Source of the DNA: Deinococcus radiodurans R1 = ATCC 13939 = DSM 20539
GTDB taxonomy: Bacteria > Deinococcota > Deinococci > Deinococcales > Deinococcaceae
NCBI RefSeq assembly: GCF_000008565.1
Contig: NC_001264.1
Coordinates: 127,418 to 159,417, forward strand
Length of the DNA stretch: 32,000 bases
Direction of reading: 5' to 3'
Made by a program: the position numbers and the translations under genes. Each line of letters opens with the position of its first letter. The first letter of the stretch is position 1. The notes beneath the pieces are model-generated. The model was given only the letters and a program-made list of their open reading frames with translations, was not told where the DNA came from and did no database searches. Shown in pieces: positions 7,565 through 15,039 of this stretch.

Positions 7565-8467
7565 TCAGCGCTTCGCCAGCCAGGACTTCGCCACCGCCGC
7601 CGCGCTCTCGCCGCCCACGGCGATGCGGCCATTGAGCTGCGCGAGGGTGCCTGCGTCGAGCTTGGCGAAAATCGGGTTCATGATCTTGGCGATGTCGGGG
7701 TACTTCTGCGCCACGCTCTGGCGCACGGTCAGCGCGGGCTGGTACACGGCCACCGCGCCCTTGGGGTCGCTGAGTGCCACCAGCCCCAGCGCACCGATGG
7801 CGCCGTCGGTCCCGTAGGCCATCGCCGCGTTCACGCCGCTGGTGCCCTGCGCCGCCGCCGTTTCGGTCTGGGTGGTGTTGCCGCCAGGGACGATGACGAG
7901 TTGCGCGGGCGAGAGCTTGAAGCCGTAGGCCTTTTCAAACGCCTTGAGCGCGTCGTCACGGTCCACGAATTCCTGGCTGGCAGCCAGCTTGACCGGCTTG
8001 CCCGAGTTCACGTAGCGGGCGAAATCGGCCATCGTCTTCAGGTTGTTCGCCTGCGCCAGCTTGCTCGGCACCGCCACCGCCCAGGTGTTGTTGGCGGGGG
8101 CGCGCGACAGCCACACGACCTTGTTCACCTTGAGGTCGAGCGCCTTGACGGTGGTGTAGGCCTTCACCGCGTCGCGGCTCACCTTGGGATCGATCTTTTG
8201 CCCGGCCTCGGTCAGCAGGTAAATGGCGCTGCCGGTGTACTCGGGGTACAGGTCGATTTCGCCTTGCAGCAGCGCCTTGCGGACCACGTTGGTGGCACCG
8301 GTAGAGCACTTGTCGTTCACCTTGAAACCACCGCGCTCCAGCGCCTGCTTGGTGATCTGGCACAGCAAGGCGCCCTCGGTGTCGATCTTGCTGCCCACCG
8401 TAACGGTTTTCTGGGCGAGCGCGGTGGGCAGGAGCAACAGGGCGGACAGGGTCAGCAGTCGGTTCAT
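7565..8467 (-). CDS. glycine betaine/choline-type ABC transporter substrate-binding protein (OpuAC/OpuBC family)
   Basis: The track ORF is over-extended to 8845. The real start is ATG 8467-8465, after GGAGG. Signal peptide MNRLLTLSALLLLPTALA, then VTVGSKIDTEGALL...LLQGEIDLYPEYTGSA, typical of the family. Confidence 0.85.
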   Translation of the reverse strand: MNRLLTLSALLLLPTALAQKTVTVGSKIDTEGALLCQITKQALERGGFKVNDKCSTGATNVVRKALLQGEIDLYPEYTGSAIYLLTEAGQKIDPKVSRDAVKAYTTVKALDLKVNKVVWLSRAPANNTWAVAVPSKLAQANNLKTMADFARYVNSGKPVKLAASQEFVDRDDALKAFEKAYGFKLSPAQLVIVPGGNTTQTETAAAQGTSGVNAAMAYGTDGAIGALGLVALSDPKGAVAVYQPALTVRQSVAQKYPDIAKIMNPIFAKLDAGTLAQLNGRIAVGGESAAAVAKSWLAKR

Positions 8468-8636
8468 GGAAGCCTCCAAAAGGCGGGGGAAAAAGCGAAA
8501 ACATTGGACCGGCAGAGCTTTATCCGACCTCTGCCGACCCGGCGTCAACCTCTCCACCCTACCGCCCGGCGCCCGGCGACTGTGTTCGACGCCGCACACT
8601 GCCAGCGTCAGATAAAGGCGCGGCCAAGAGTCCCTC

Positions 8637-10091
8637 ATGCCGCACGCCCGGCCAGCAACCGACAGTGGGGCCATGCCGACCCCTGCCCCTGCACTGGCCT
8701 CCGCGCCGGCCCCTGTGCTGGGCGTGCTTCCTCGGACCCTGGTGCGTCCGGTGTTGGTGCTGGCCGGCGTGCTGGGGCTGCTCGCCTGCGCGCTGGGCTG
8801 GGTCAACTTTCGCCCCAACCGGCTGGTGCTGGGCGAGGGCCGCACCCTGGCCGCGCTCGCCTTGCCGCTGTGGTGGGCACTGCCGGCGGCCTGGGCCGCG
8901 CTGCTTGCCAGTGGCTGGCTGCCGGCCCGCTGGCAACGGGTGCTGGCGCCGCTGCTGTACGTGGTGGCCGCCTACGCCGTGAGCTGGCTGCTCGGCGCGG
9001 CGGCGGCTTCGCTCGTCAGCGAGGACAACCCCTTCGCGCGGGTGTCGCCCGCCGCTGGACTGTGGCTGAGCATCGCCGCGCTCTACATCGGGGGTTTCGC
9101 CGTGAGCCGGGTGTGGCGCCCCGCGGGGGTGGCCGGGGCGCTCGCCTTCGCTGTGCCGCCACTGCTCGGCAAGTGGAACACCCTGGGGCTGGTGCAGGAA
9201 TACCGCAACGTGGCCGACACCTTCTGGCCGCAGCTCGGCACCCACGCGGCGCTCAGCGTCATCGCGCTCCTTCTCGCCGCGCTGCTCGGCCTGCCGCTCG
9301 GCATTGCGGCGGCCCGCAATACGCGGCTGGCGGGTGGCGTCCTGGGCTTTGCCAGTTTCTTGCAGACGATTCCCAGCGTCGCGCTGTTCGGTCTGCTGCT
9401 GCCGGTCTTTTCGGCGCTGGGCCGGGGCGTGAGCGTGGGCGCCTTTCTGGCGTGGTCGGGCGCCGCCCTGCTGCTGGGCCTCGCGCTGACGCGGGTGCGG
9501 CGGCTGGCGCTGCCGGGCGGCCTGCTCGCGCTGCTCGGGGCTCAGGCCTTGCTGCTGCTCGCCGGGCTGGGGCTGCTGCAAGTGCTGCAAGGCGCATGGT
9601 TCGGCGGCGACGGCCTCAGCCGGGACGCCTTCTCGCTCTCGGCCCCGCTGGCGAGTTGGGGCGTGCGCGGCATCGGGGCGGCCCCGGCGCTCTTCGCCCT
9701 CACGCTCTACGCGCTGCTACCCATCGTCGTCAACACCTTCGTGGGGCTGCGCGGCGTGCCCCCCGGCATTCCCGACGCGGCGCGGGGCCTGGGCATGACC
9801 CCGGCGCAGGTGCTGTGGCGCGCCGAGCTGCCGGTGGCGCTGCCCTACATCTTCGAGGGGTTGCGCAGCGCTCTGGTTCTCACTTTCGGCATCACCACTA
9901 TCGCCGCGCTGATTGGGGCGGGCGGGCTGGGCTTTTTTATTCAGCGCGGGGTGGAGGGCAACGTGCCCGACCTCGTGCTGCTCGGCGCCCTGCCCATCGT
10001 CCTGATTGCTCTGCTGCTCAGCGAGGGCCTGCGCCTGCTCGCCGGCTGGCTCACGCCCAGGGGCCTCAGAGCCGAGGGAGGAGAGGAATAA
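8637..10091 (+). CDS. ABC transporter permease (Opu type) with a long hydrophobic N-terminal extension and an internal insertion
   Basis: The core aligns by eye with the second permease at 11080: IPSVALFGLLLP..., then GAAPALFALTLYALLPIVVNT, DAARGLGMTPAQVLWRAELPVALPYIF and IGAGGLG. An alternative ATG at 8673 is possible. Confidence 0.8.
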   Translation: MPHARPATDSGAMPTPAPALASAPAPVLGVLPRTLVRPVLVLAGVLGLLACALGWVNFRPNRLVLGEGRTLAALALPLWWALPAAWAALLASGWLPARWQRVLAPLLYVVAAYAVSWLLGAAAASLVSEDNPFARVSPAAGLWLSIAALYIGGFAVSRVWRPAGVAGALAFAVPPLLGKWNTLGLVQEYRNVADTFWPQLGTHAALSVIALLLAALLGLPLGIAAARNTRLAGGVLGFASFLQTIPSVALFGLLLPVFSALGRGVSVGAFLAWSGAALLLGLALTRVRRLALPGGLLALLGAQALLLLAGLGLLQVLQGAWFGGDGLSRDAFSLSAPLASWGVRGIGAAPALFALTLYALLPIVVNTFVGLRGVPPGIPDAARGLGMTPAQVLWRAELPVALPYIFEGLRSALVLTFGITTIAALIGAGGLGFFIQRGVEGNVPDLVLLGALPIVLIALLLSEGLRLLAGWLTPRGLRAEGGEE

Positions 10092-10153
10092 GATGAAAAG
10101 TTCGCTCTGGTCCGTGTTTTTTATACCTCTCTCCTCCATAACTTCCTCCTCCC

Positions 10154-11083
10154 ATGATTGAATTCCAGAACGTCATCAAGAGCTTCGGCGGCCCCGCCGT
10201 CTTGCAAGACATTTCGCTGACGGTGCCGACCGGCGAACTCGTGATTCTGATCGGGCCGTCGGGCTGCGGCAAAAGCACGCTGCTGCGGCTGGTCAACCGG
10301 CTGCTGGAACCGACCTCGGGCGACATCCGGGTGGGCGGGGTCAGCGTGCTGGAACAGGACCCGGTGGCGCTGCGGCGGCGGCTGGGCTACGTGATTCAGA
10401 GCGTGGGCCTCTTCCCGCACCTGACCGTGCAGGAAAACGTGGAACTCGTGCCGAGCATCAGCGGCGTGGGTCGGGAAACGCGGGCGGCGCGGGCGCTGGA
10501 GCTGCTGTCGCTGATGGGCCTGGAGCCGGGGCAGTACGCCGGGCGCTATCCCCGGCAGCTCTCCGGCGGGCAGCAACAGCGGGTGGGCATTGCCCGCGCC
10601 CTTGCCGCCGATCCCGAATACTTGCTGATGGACGAACCGTTCTCGGCGCTCGACCCCATCACCCGCGCCCGCTTGCAGGAGCAGTTTCTGACGCTGAAAC
10701 GTGAAATCGGCAAAACCATCGTCTTCGTCACCCACGACGTGGACGAAGCCGTGCGCCTCGGCGACCGTATCTGCGTGCTCGGCAACGGGACCGTGCAGCA
10801 GTACGCCGCGCCGGAGGAGATTCTTCGTCACCCCGCGAACGACTTCGTGGCGAGCTTCGTGGGCGAGGGCCGCGAACTGCGGAGTCTGAGCCTGCGCCCG
10901 GTCAGTGCGCTGATGCGGCCTGGGGCAGGCGACGGTCAGGCACTCGGCACCGTCGCCGCCGACCTGCCCGCCGACCAGGCCCTCTCGCGGCTGCTCGGCG
11001 CGGGCAACCGCACGCTGAACGTGGTGGACTCGGGCGGCGCGGTGGTGGGCACGCTGAGCCTCGCGGACTTCGGGGCGGCATGA
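10154..11083 (+). CDS. ABC transporter ATP-binding protein (osmoprotectant type)
   Basis: Walker A GPSGCGKST, Q-loop, signature LSGGQQQRVGIARAL, Walker B LLMDEPFSALD and H-loop FVTHD. Its stop overlaps the next start by 4 nt (11080-11083). Confidence 0.9.
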   Translation: MIEFQNVIKSFGGPAVLQDISLTVPTGELVILIGPSGCGKSTLLRLVNRLLEPTSGDIRVGGVSVLEQDPVALRRRLGYVIQSVGLFPHLTVQENVELVPSISGVGRETRAARALELLSLMGLEPGQYAGRYPRQLSGGQQQRVGIARALAADPEYLLMDEPFSALDPITRARLQEQFLTLKREIGKTIVFVTHDVDEAVRLGDRICVLGNGTVQQYAAPEEILRHPANDFVASFVGEGRELRSLSLRPVSALMRPGAGDGQALGTVAADLPADQALSRLLGAGNRTLNVVDSGGAVVGTLSLADFGAA

Positions 11084-11823
11084 CCCGCTGGCTGCCGCTG
11101 CTGGGTCCGCTGGCCGGCTGGCTGGCCTTCTTCGTGCTGGTTGCGGCGCAGCAGGGCTGGAAAACGGTGCTCTCGCGCCTCTTTCCCCAGGTCAGCACCC
11201 CCATCTACGAGCGCGATACGCTGCTCGCGCTGACACTGCAACATCTGCAACTCACCGGGCTCTCTATGGCGCTGGTGCTACTCGTCGGCCTGTCGCTCGG
11301 CATCTGGGCGACCCGGCGGCGCGGTCAGCCCTTTTTGCCGCTGGTGAACAACCTGACGACGGTGGGGCAAACGTTTCCCCCGGTGGCCGTGCTGTTTCTG
11401 GCCCTGCCGATTCTGGGCTTCGGCCCCCGCGCCGCGATTCTGGCGCTGTTCGCCTATGCACTGCTGCCAGTGACACGCGGCGTGATTCTGGGCCTGCAAA
11501 GCGTCCCCGAAAATGTGCAGGACGCCGCCCGTGGCCTGGGCCTCAGCGAACGCGAGCGGCTGTGGCGCCTGGAATGGCCCACCGCGCTGCCTTCGACCCT
11601 GGCGGGCATCCGCACCGCGCTGGTGCTGACGGTGGCAACGGCCACGCTGGCCCCGCTGGTCGGCACCGGCGGGCTGGGCGTGCCGATTATCGCCGGACTG
11701 GGCGCCGACAACCTCGCTCTGATTCTGGAAGGCGCGGTGCCGGTGGCGCTGCTGGCCCTGCTGTGCGACTGGACCTTGCGGGTGCTGGAGCGCGGGCTGA
11801 CACCCTGGGCAGCGGGCGAATAG
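11080..11823 (+). CDS. ABC transporter permease (Opu type)
   Basis: 247 aa, including FPPVAVLFLALPILGFGPRAAILALFAYALLPVTRG, DAARGLGLSERERLWRLEWPTALP and VGTGGLG. ATGA overlap with the upstream ATPase gene. Confidence 0.85.
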   Translation: MTRWLPLLGPLAGWLAFFVLVAAQQGWKTVLSRLFPQVSTPIYERDTLLALTLQHLQLTGLSMALVLLVGLSLGIWATRRRGQPFLPLVNNLTTVGQTFPPVAVLFLALPILGFGPRAAILALFAYALLPVTRGVILGLQSVPENVQDAARGLGLSERERLWRLEWPTALPSTLAGIRTALVLTVATATLAPLVGTGGLGVPIIAGLGADNLALILEGAVPVALLALLCDWTLRVLERGLTPWAAGE

Positions 11824-11920
11824 CTCAAGAGTCGGCGGGGCAGGCCCAGAACTGATTGCTGTGTTCAGGGCCTGCCAGAGTGTGTTTAGAACATTTAACA
11901 AAATAATGCGTTCTGGTTTT

Positions 11921-11978
11921 GACCCTCTACCTTGATGGGAGAGGGCCTGCCGAAGGCAGGGGTGAGGGTGTCTTTTTT
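11921..11978 (+). terminator. nested GC-rich palindromic element ending in T6; likely terminator of the ABC operon and a repeat-family member
   Basis: Outer arms GACCCTC / GAGGGTGTC. Inner arms CCCTCT(11923)/AGAGGG(11940) and CCTGCC-GAA-GGCAGG (11946-11960). TTTTTT follows at 11973-11978. GGGCCTGCC also occurs at 11868-11876. Confidence 0.5.
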
Positions 11979-11990
11979 CTGCCAAATGCT

Positions 11991-12440
11991 CTAGAGCGTT
12001 GCCGTATCCAACGACTGCCGTTCGCGGCGCGCCAGCTTGGAGCAGCGCCAGAAATTCAAAAAGGCTTCGATCTGGTCCACGAATTCGCTGAAGCCGGTGG
12101 CCTTGACCATGTACGAGGTGGCGTGCAGGTTATACGCCTGCTCGATCTGGTCGGGGGCATCCGAGGTGGAGAGCACGACCACTGGAATATGACGCAGCTC
12201 GGGGTCGGATTTGATGGCGCGAATCACGTCCAGGCCCGTCATGCTCGGCATGTTGAGGTCGGTGATGACCACGTCGGGCAGGGCATAATTGGGGTCTTTG
12301 AGATGGCTGATGGCTTCGTTGCCGCTGGAGCAGGAGGCGACGTTGACCCAGTCTTCGTGGGATTCGAAGACTTCGCGGGCCAGCATCAGGTCCGCGGGGT
12401 TGTCGTCGACCAGCAAAATAGAAAGCGACTGAGGCATCAT
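11991..12440 (-). CDS. single-domain response regulator (CheY-like receiver only)
   Basis: 149 aa: ILLVDDNPAD, the phospho-acceptor context VVITDLNMPSMTG, VVVLSTS and YMVKA. No output domain, and no histidine kinase in the window. Confidence 0.9.
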   Translation of the reverse strand: MMPQSLSILLVDDNPADLMLAREVFESHEDWVNVASCSSGNEAISHLKDPNYALPDVVITDLNMPSMTGLDVIRAIKSDPELRHIPVVVLSTSDAPDQIEQAYNLHATSYMVKATGFSEFVDQIEAFLNFWRCSKLARRERQSLDTATL

Positions 12441-12487
12441 TTTCAGTGTAGAGCGTCTTTGCCCCGCTTATGCCCCGGTCCTCACAT

Positions 12488-13306
12488 TCAGGGCCGGCCC
12501 AGACGGCGCCGCGCCCCCACGCTCAGCGCCGCGCACGCGAGCGGCAGGGCGCTGCGGGTGCCGCCCAGCACCGCACTCAGCGCGAGGCCGCCCAGCGCCA
12601 GTTGCCGGGACCGCTGTACCCTCTCAGTGGAGATGGTCTGGTCGCCCCGGTCGGTTTCGGTGGTCACGTCCTCGGGTTCAAGCAGGCTGGGGGCCAGCAG
12701 CAGAGCGCCCGCGATGGCCGCGCTGCCGAGCGACTGTCGCCCGCCTTCCCGCGTCGCTGCGATGGTCGGCAACAGCGCCGCGAGCAGGGCTGCCGGACCA
12801 CTGACCGCGCTCTGGGGCGCCAGGTCGTCGCCCTGCTGACTCGACAGGGCCAGCGCCGCGCCGGGCAGCAAGGCCGCTGCTTTTTGCCCCGCTCCGGCAC
12901 ACATGGCCGCCGCCGCGCCGAGTGCCGCTTCGTCGCCTGCTGTGGCCGCCGCGCCGGTGGTCGCACTCAGGGTCCGCACGCTGCTCAGCGCGGTAAACGC
13001 CGCGAGCACCTCGCTCAGCACCGCCGCGTCGCTGTTGTCCTCGCTCAGCAGCGAAAGCGCCAGGGTGAGCGGCAGCGCGGCGTTGGCGGTGACGGCATGG
13101 TCCGGGTCGAGTTCCCGCGCGCATGCCCAGGCCGCAAAGGCACTCAGGCCCGTGCCCGCGCTCCCCACCCACGAGCGCCCCCGCAGCCGCCCGAGCGCCA
13201 CGCCGCCCAGCAGTCCCAGCATCGCCCAGCGGTTGGACGGGTACGAGAGGTCAATGGTGCGCGGCAAAGCGGCGGGCAACAGTCCCGATGAAGATGCAGA
13301 AGTCAT
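12488..13306 (-). CDS. hypothetical Ala/Leu/Gly-rich membrane protein
   Basis: 272-aa ORF with strongly GC-biased third codon positions and several hydrophobic stretches. The opposite-strand ORFs are Arg/Pro junk. No motif recognised. It lies 47 nt upstream of the receiver gene on the same strand. Confidence 0.5.
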   Translation of the reverse strand: MTSASSSGLLPAALPRTIDLSYPSNRWAMLGLLGGVALGRLRGRSWVGSAGTGLSAFAAWACARELDPDHAVTANAALPLTLALSLLSEDNSDAAVLSEVLAAFTALSSVRTLSATTGAAATAGDEAALGAAAAMCAGAGQKAAALLPGAALALSSQQGDDLAPQSAVSGPAALLAALLPTIAATREGGRQSLGSAAIAGALLLAPSLLEPEDVTTETDRGDQTISTERVQRSRQLALGGLALSAVLGGTRSALPLACAALSVGARRRLGRP

Positions 13307-13453
13307 GTGCTCAGCGTAGAAGCTGCGATTCGCTTTTGGGGACAGGCCAGCTCAAGACAACGTTGGGGTTTGCGTCGGAAATGGAGGCGAGGACGAGCTC
13401 CTTTTCACGGATCAAAGCTGCTTTTCCAGCTTGTTTAATACCTTCGGACCATC

Positions 13454-13481
13454 AAAGAAAAAACCGCGTGCAGGACGCGGT
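13454..13481 (-). terminator. rho-independent terminator of the 144-aa gene
   Basis: The minus strand reads ACCGCGT-CCTGC-ACGCGGT followed by TTTTTTCTTT. Stem at 13463-13469 / 13475-13481, with the A-tract at 13454-13463 on the plus strand. Confidence 0.75.
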
Positions 13482-13509
13482 ATCATGTGCTCTTTGTAAC
13501 GACTCGGGC

Positions 13510-13944
13510 TTACTTCTTTTTCAGGCTCTTCTGCTTGCGCGAGTTGCCGAGCTGTTGCCCACGGTTGTATTTGGATTCCATGCTGCGGCGGGTTTCTTCC
13601 ACCAGCGCCTTGAAATCGACTTCGCCCGCTTCCACTGCTTCCAGGCTGAGCACCACTTTGGAGTTGCCGCCGCGAGTATTGATCTTGCCCAGGTCTTCGC
13701 TGGCCTGCTTGATCCACTTGTCGCTCTTGGGCGTCACTTGAAACACCATGTCGCGGGTATCACGTTCATAGCTGCCTTCAGCGCCGCGGCGATGGTACTG
13801 CTTGGGCAGGGTAAAACGTTCCTTGAGTTCGATGGCGTCAATATCACCCTCACGCACAGCGTTGCGAAACATCTTCACAAAGCGGTCGCTCTGCTGAGGG
13901 TTTTCAAGTTCCATCACAACTTCACTGAGTTTCCTGAATTCCAT
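13510..13944 (-). CDS. hypothetical 144-aa highly charged protein with a basic C-terminal tail
   Basis: Clean ORF MEFRKLSEVVMELENPQQSD...NSRKQKSLKKK in a visibly lower-GC stretch, followed by a strong terminator. A TACATT -10-like hexamer sits 6 nt upstream of the ATG. No family recognised. Confidence 0.7.
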   Translation of the reverse strand: MEFRKLSEVVMELENPQQSDRFVKMFRNAVREGDIDAIELKERFTLPKQYHRRGAEGSYERDTRDMVFQVTPKSDKWIKQASEDLGKINTRGGNSKVVLSLEAVEAGEVDFKALVEETRRSMESKYNRGQQLGNSRKQKSLKKK

Positions 13945-14073
13945 GCGGGCAATGTAACATGCGCCAGCTCCGTTCGTGTCATTGGGCTGGCCTTAAGATG
14001 TCAGGGGCTGGCACGCTGTCAAAAGCTCTCTACTTTTGTTACCCGGCGAATCTTTTTTGCCCTCGATTAATGA

Positions 14074-14101
14074 CAAAACGAAAATGGCAGCTTCGTTGCC
14101 A
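14074..14101 (-). terminator. weak terminator-like hairpin just after the TetR stop
   Basis: The minus strand reads TGGCA-ACGAAGC-TGCCA followed by TTTTCGTTTTG. The stem is only 5 bp. Confidence 0.35.
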
Positions 14102-14105
14102 AAGT

Positions 14106-14780
14106 TCAATCGAGAGACGCTTGCTTTTCCTGCTCCTGAATCTGTGTTTTGATGCCGGCCAGCATCAGTTCGAGGGCCACCTCAAAAAAATCGTCCTCGT
14201 TTTCTGAGGCGGCGGGCATCGGCAAACTCAGCGCGAGGGGAAAGCGCTCGGGCTGCCGCTCGGCGAAGGCTCGGCGCTGGGCGAAGGCGCTGGGGGCGAA
14301 GTTGCCGTTGAGTTCGGCGTAGCAGAAGCCGACCATGAAAATCACCAGAACACTGCCGTACTTGGTGATGACCTCTTCGGGCAGCCCGACCTGACGCAGC
14401 AGCCGGTACAGCGACTCGTACACGTCGAGTTCCTCTCTGCTCACGCGGTGGCCGCGAAAGTAATAGCCGATAAAACTGGCGTGCCGCACCATGCTGCGCC
14501 TCAGGCTGTGGGCCAGCCGGCTGAAGCGCTCCTGCCAGCTGCCTTCGTTGAGGTCGGGCAGCTCCAGCTCACGCAAAATCTCGCTGTAGACGCCCTGGAG
14601 CAGGTCTTCTTTGGTGGGAAAGTAGTGGTAGAGGCTCTTGGGGCTGACGCCCAGTTCGGCAGCCAGTTTGCGGATGCTCAGGCCGTCGAGCCCGTCGCGG
14701 TGCAGCGTATCCAGAGCCTGACGAGTGATTTTCTCGGCGCTCAGCAAGGGGGCGCCGGCAGGAGGACGTGCCATGTCCAC
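14106..14780 (-). CDS. TetR-family transcriptional regulator
   Basis: The N-terminal HTH ITRQALDTLHRDGLDGLSIRKLAAELGVSPKSLYHYFPTKEDLL is a canonical TetR_N domain. The gene is divergent from the 3-hydroxyacyl-CoA dehydrogenase gene. Confidence 0.9.
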   Translation of the reverse strand: MDMARPPAGAPLLSAEKITRQALDTLHRDGLDGLSIRKLAAELGVSPKSLYHYFPTKEDLLQGVYSEILRELELPDLNEGSWQERFSRLAHSLRRSMVRHASFIGYYFRGHRVSREELDVYESLYRLLRQVGLPEEVITKYGSVLVIFMVGFCYAELNGNFAPSAFAQRRAFAERQPERFPLALSLPMPAASENEDDFFEVALELMLAGIKTQIQEQEKQASLD

Positions 14781-14789
14781 TAATTTACC

Positions 14790-14798
14790 ACACAGTGT
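14790..14798. promoter_or_regulatory. palindrome ACAC-A-GTGT, candidate TetR operator half of a pair
   Basis: ACACAGTGT lies 10 nt upstream of the TetR start codon. A near-identical ACACGGTGT occurs at 14925-14933. Confidence 0.3.
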
Positions 14799-14886
14799 TG
14801 AATAAATCTTAACCCATCCTTACCTTAACAGCAGAAGAGGCGTCTGGGACGCTGAATTCGGCAAATTCGGGCAAGAATGCGCCGCC

Positions 14887-14933
14887 TTGACGCGCCTCCG
14901 AGTGTGGAGTAGGTTGGGTTTGTTACACGGTGT
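14887..14933 (+). promoter_or_regulatory. sigma70-like promoter TTGACG-17nt-TAGGTT followed by palindrome ACAC-G-GTGT
   Basis: TTGACG at 14887-14892, a 17-nt spacer, then TAGGTT at 14910-14915. ACACGGTGT (14925-14933) sits just downstream, where a repressor would block initiation. Confidence 0.3.
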
Positions 14934-14965
14934 GTGGTTAGCGAAACTGCGGCCCACACCCAGTC

Positions 14966-15001
14966 GTTCACCGGCTGCTTTCGTGGAGCCGCCCGGTGAA
15001 C
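14966..15001 (+). other. perfect 9-bp stem hairpin in the putative 5' leader
   Basis: GTTCACCGG (14966-14974) pairs with CCGGTGAAC (14993-15001) across an 18-nt loop, about 40 nt upstream of the start codon at 15040. Confidence 0.3.
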
Positions 15002-15039
15002 TTGCCTCCCTTCCACGTGGTGCAAGACAGGAGAGCAGC

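Noticed and set aside
8510-8536. An 8-bp hairpin, CGGCAGAG with CTCTGCCG, in the divergent SBP/permease promoter region.
   Set aside because: It is short, has no T-tract and no second copy, and I cannot tie it to any function. Noted only as a possible operator.
7565-8845. Long N-terminal extensions in track ORFs: 7565-8845, 19331-21103, 14887-15930, 30277-31488, 29908-30234, 15985-16764 and 28723-29757.
   Set aside because: The extensions are Arg/Pro/Ser-rich and non-protein-like. Internal ATGs preceded by GGAGG-like sites coincide with signal peptides, with the canonical family N-termini, or with overlap onto the upstream gene's stop.
10092-10153. A strong antisense Shine-Dalgarno-like GGGAGGAGGAAGTT followed by ATG (minus strand, ORF 9717-10139) in the spacer before the ABC ATPase gene. 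On the plus strand it appears as a polypyrimidine CCTCCTCCC tract.
   Set aside because: The 140-aa minus ORF runs antisense through the conserved C-terminus of the permease and has no protein-like features beyond its first few residues. Most likely coincidental, though antisense transcription could be checked by RNA-seq.
13945-14105. A radiation/desiccation response motif (a 17-bp palindrome of the TTATGT...ACATAA type) upstream of the 144-aa gene.
   Set aside because: Only the short palindrome ATGT-T-ACAT is present (plus strand about 13952-13960). It lacks the flanking TTA/TAA arms, so I do not call an RDRM.
13959-14207. 82-aa plus-strand ORF spanning the gap between the 144-aa gene and TetR.
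   Set aside because: It overlaps the TetR C-terminus antisense, lacks a ribosome-binding site, and is hydrophobic and low-complexity. The gap is better explained as promoter and terminator sequence for the minus-strand genes.
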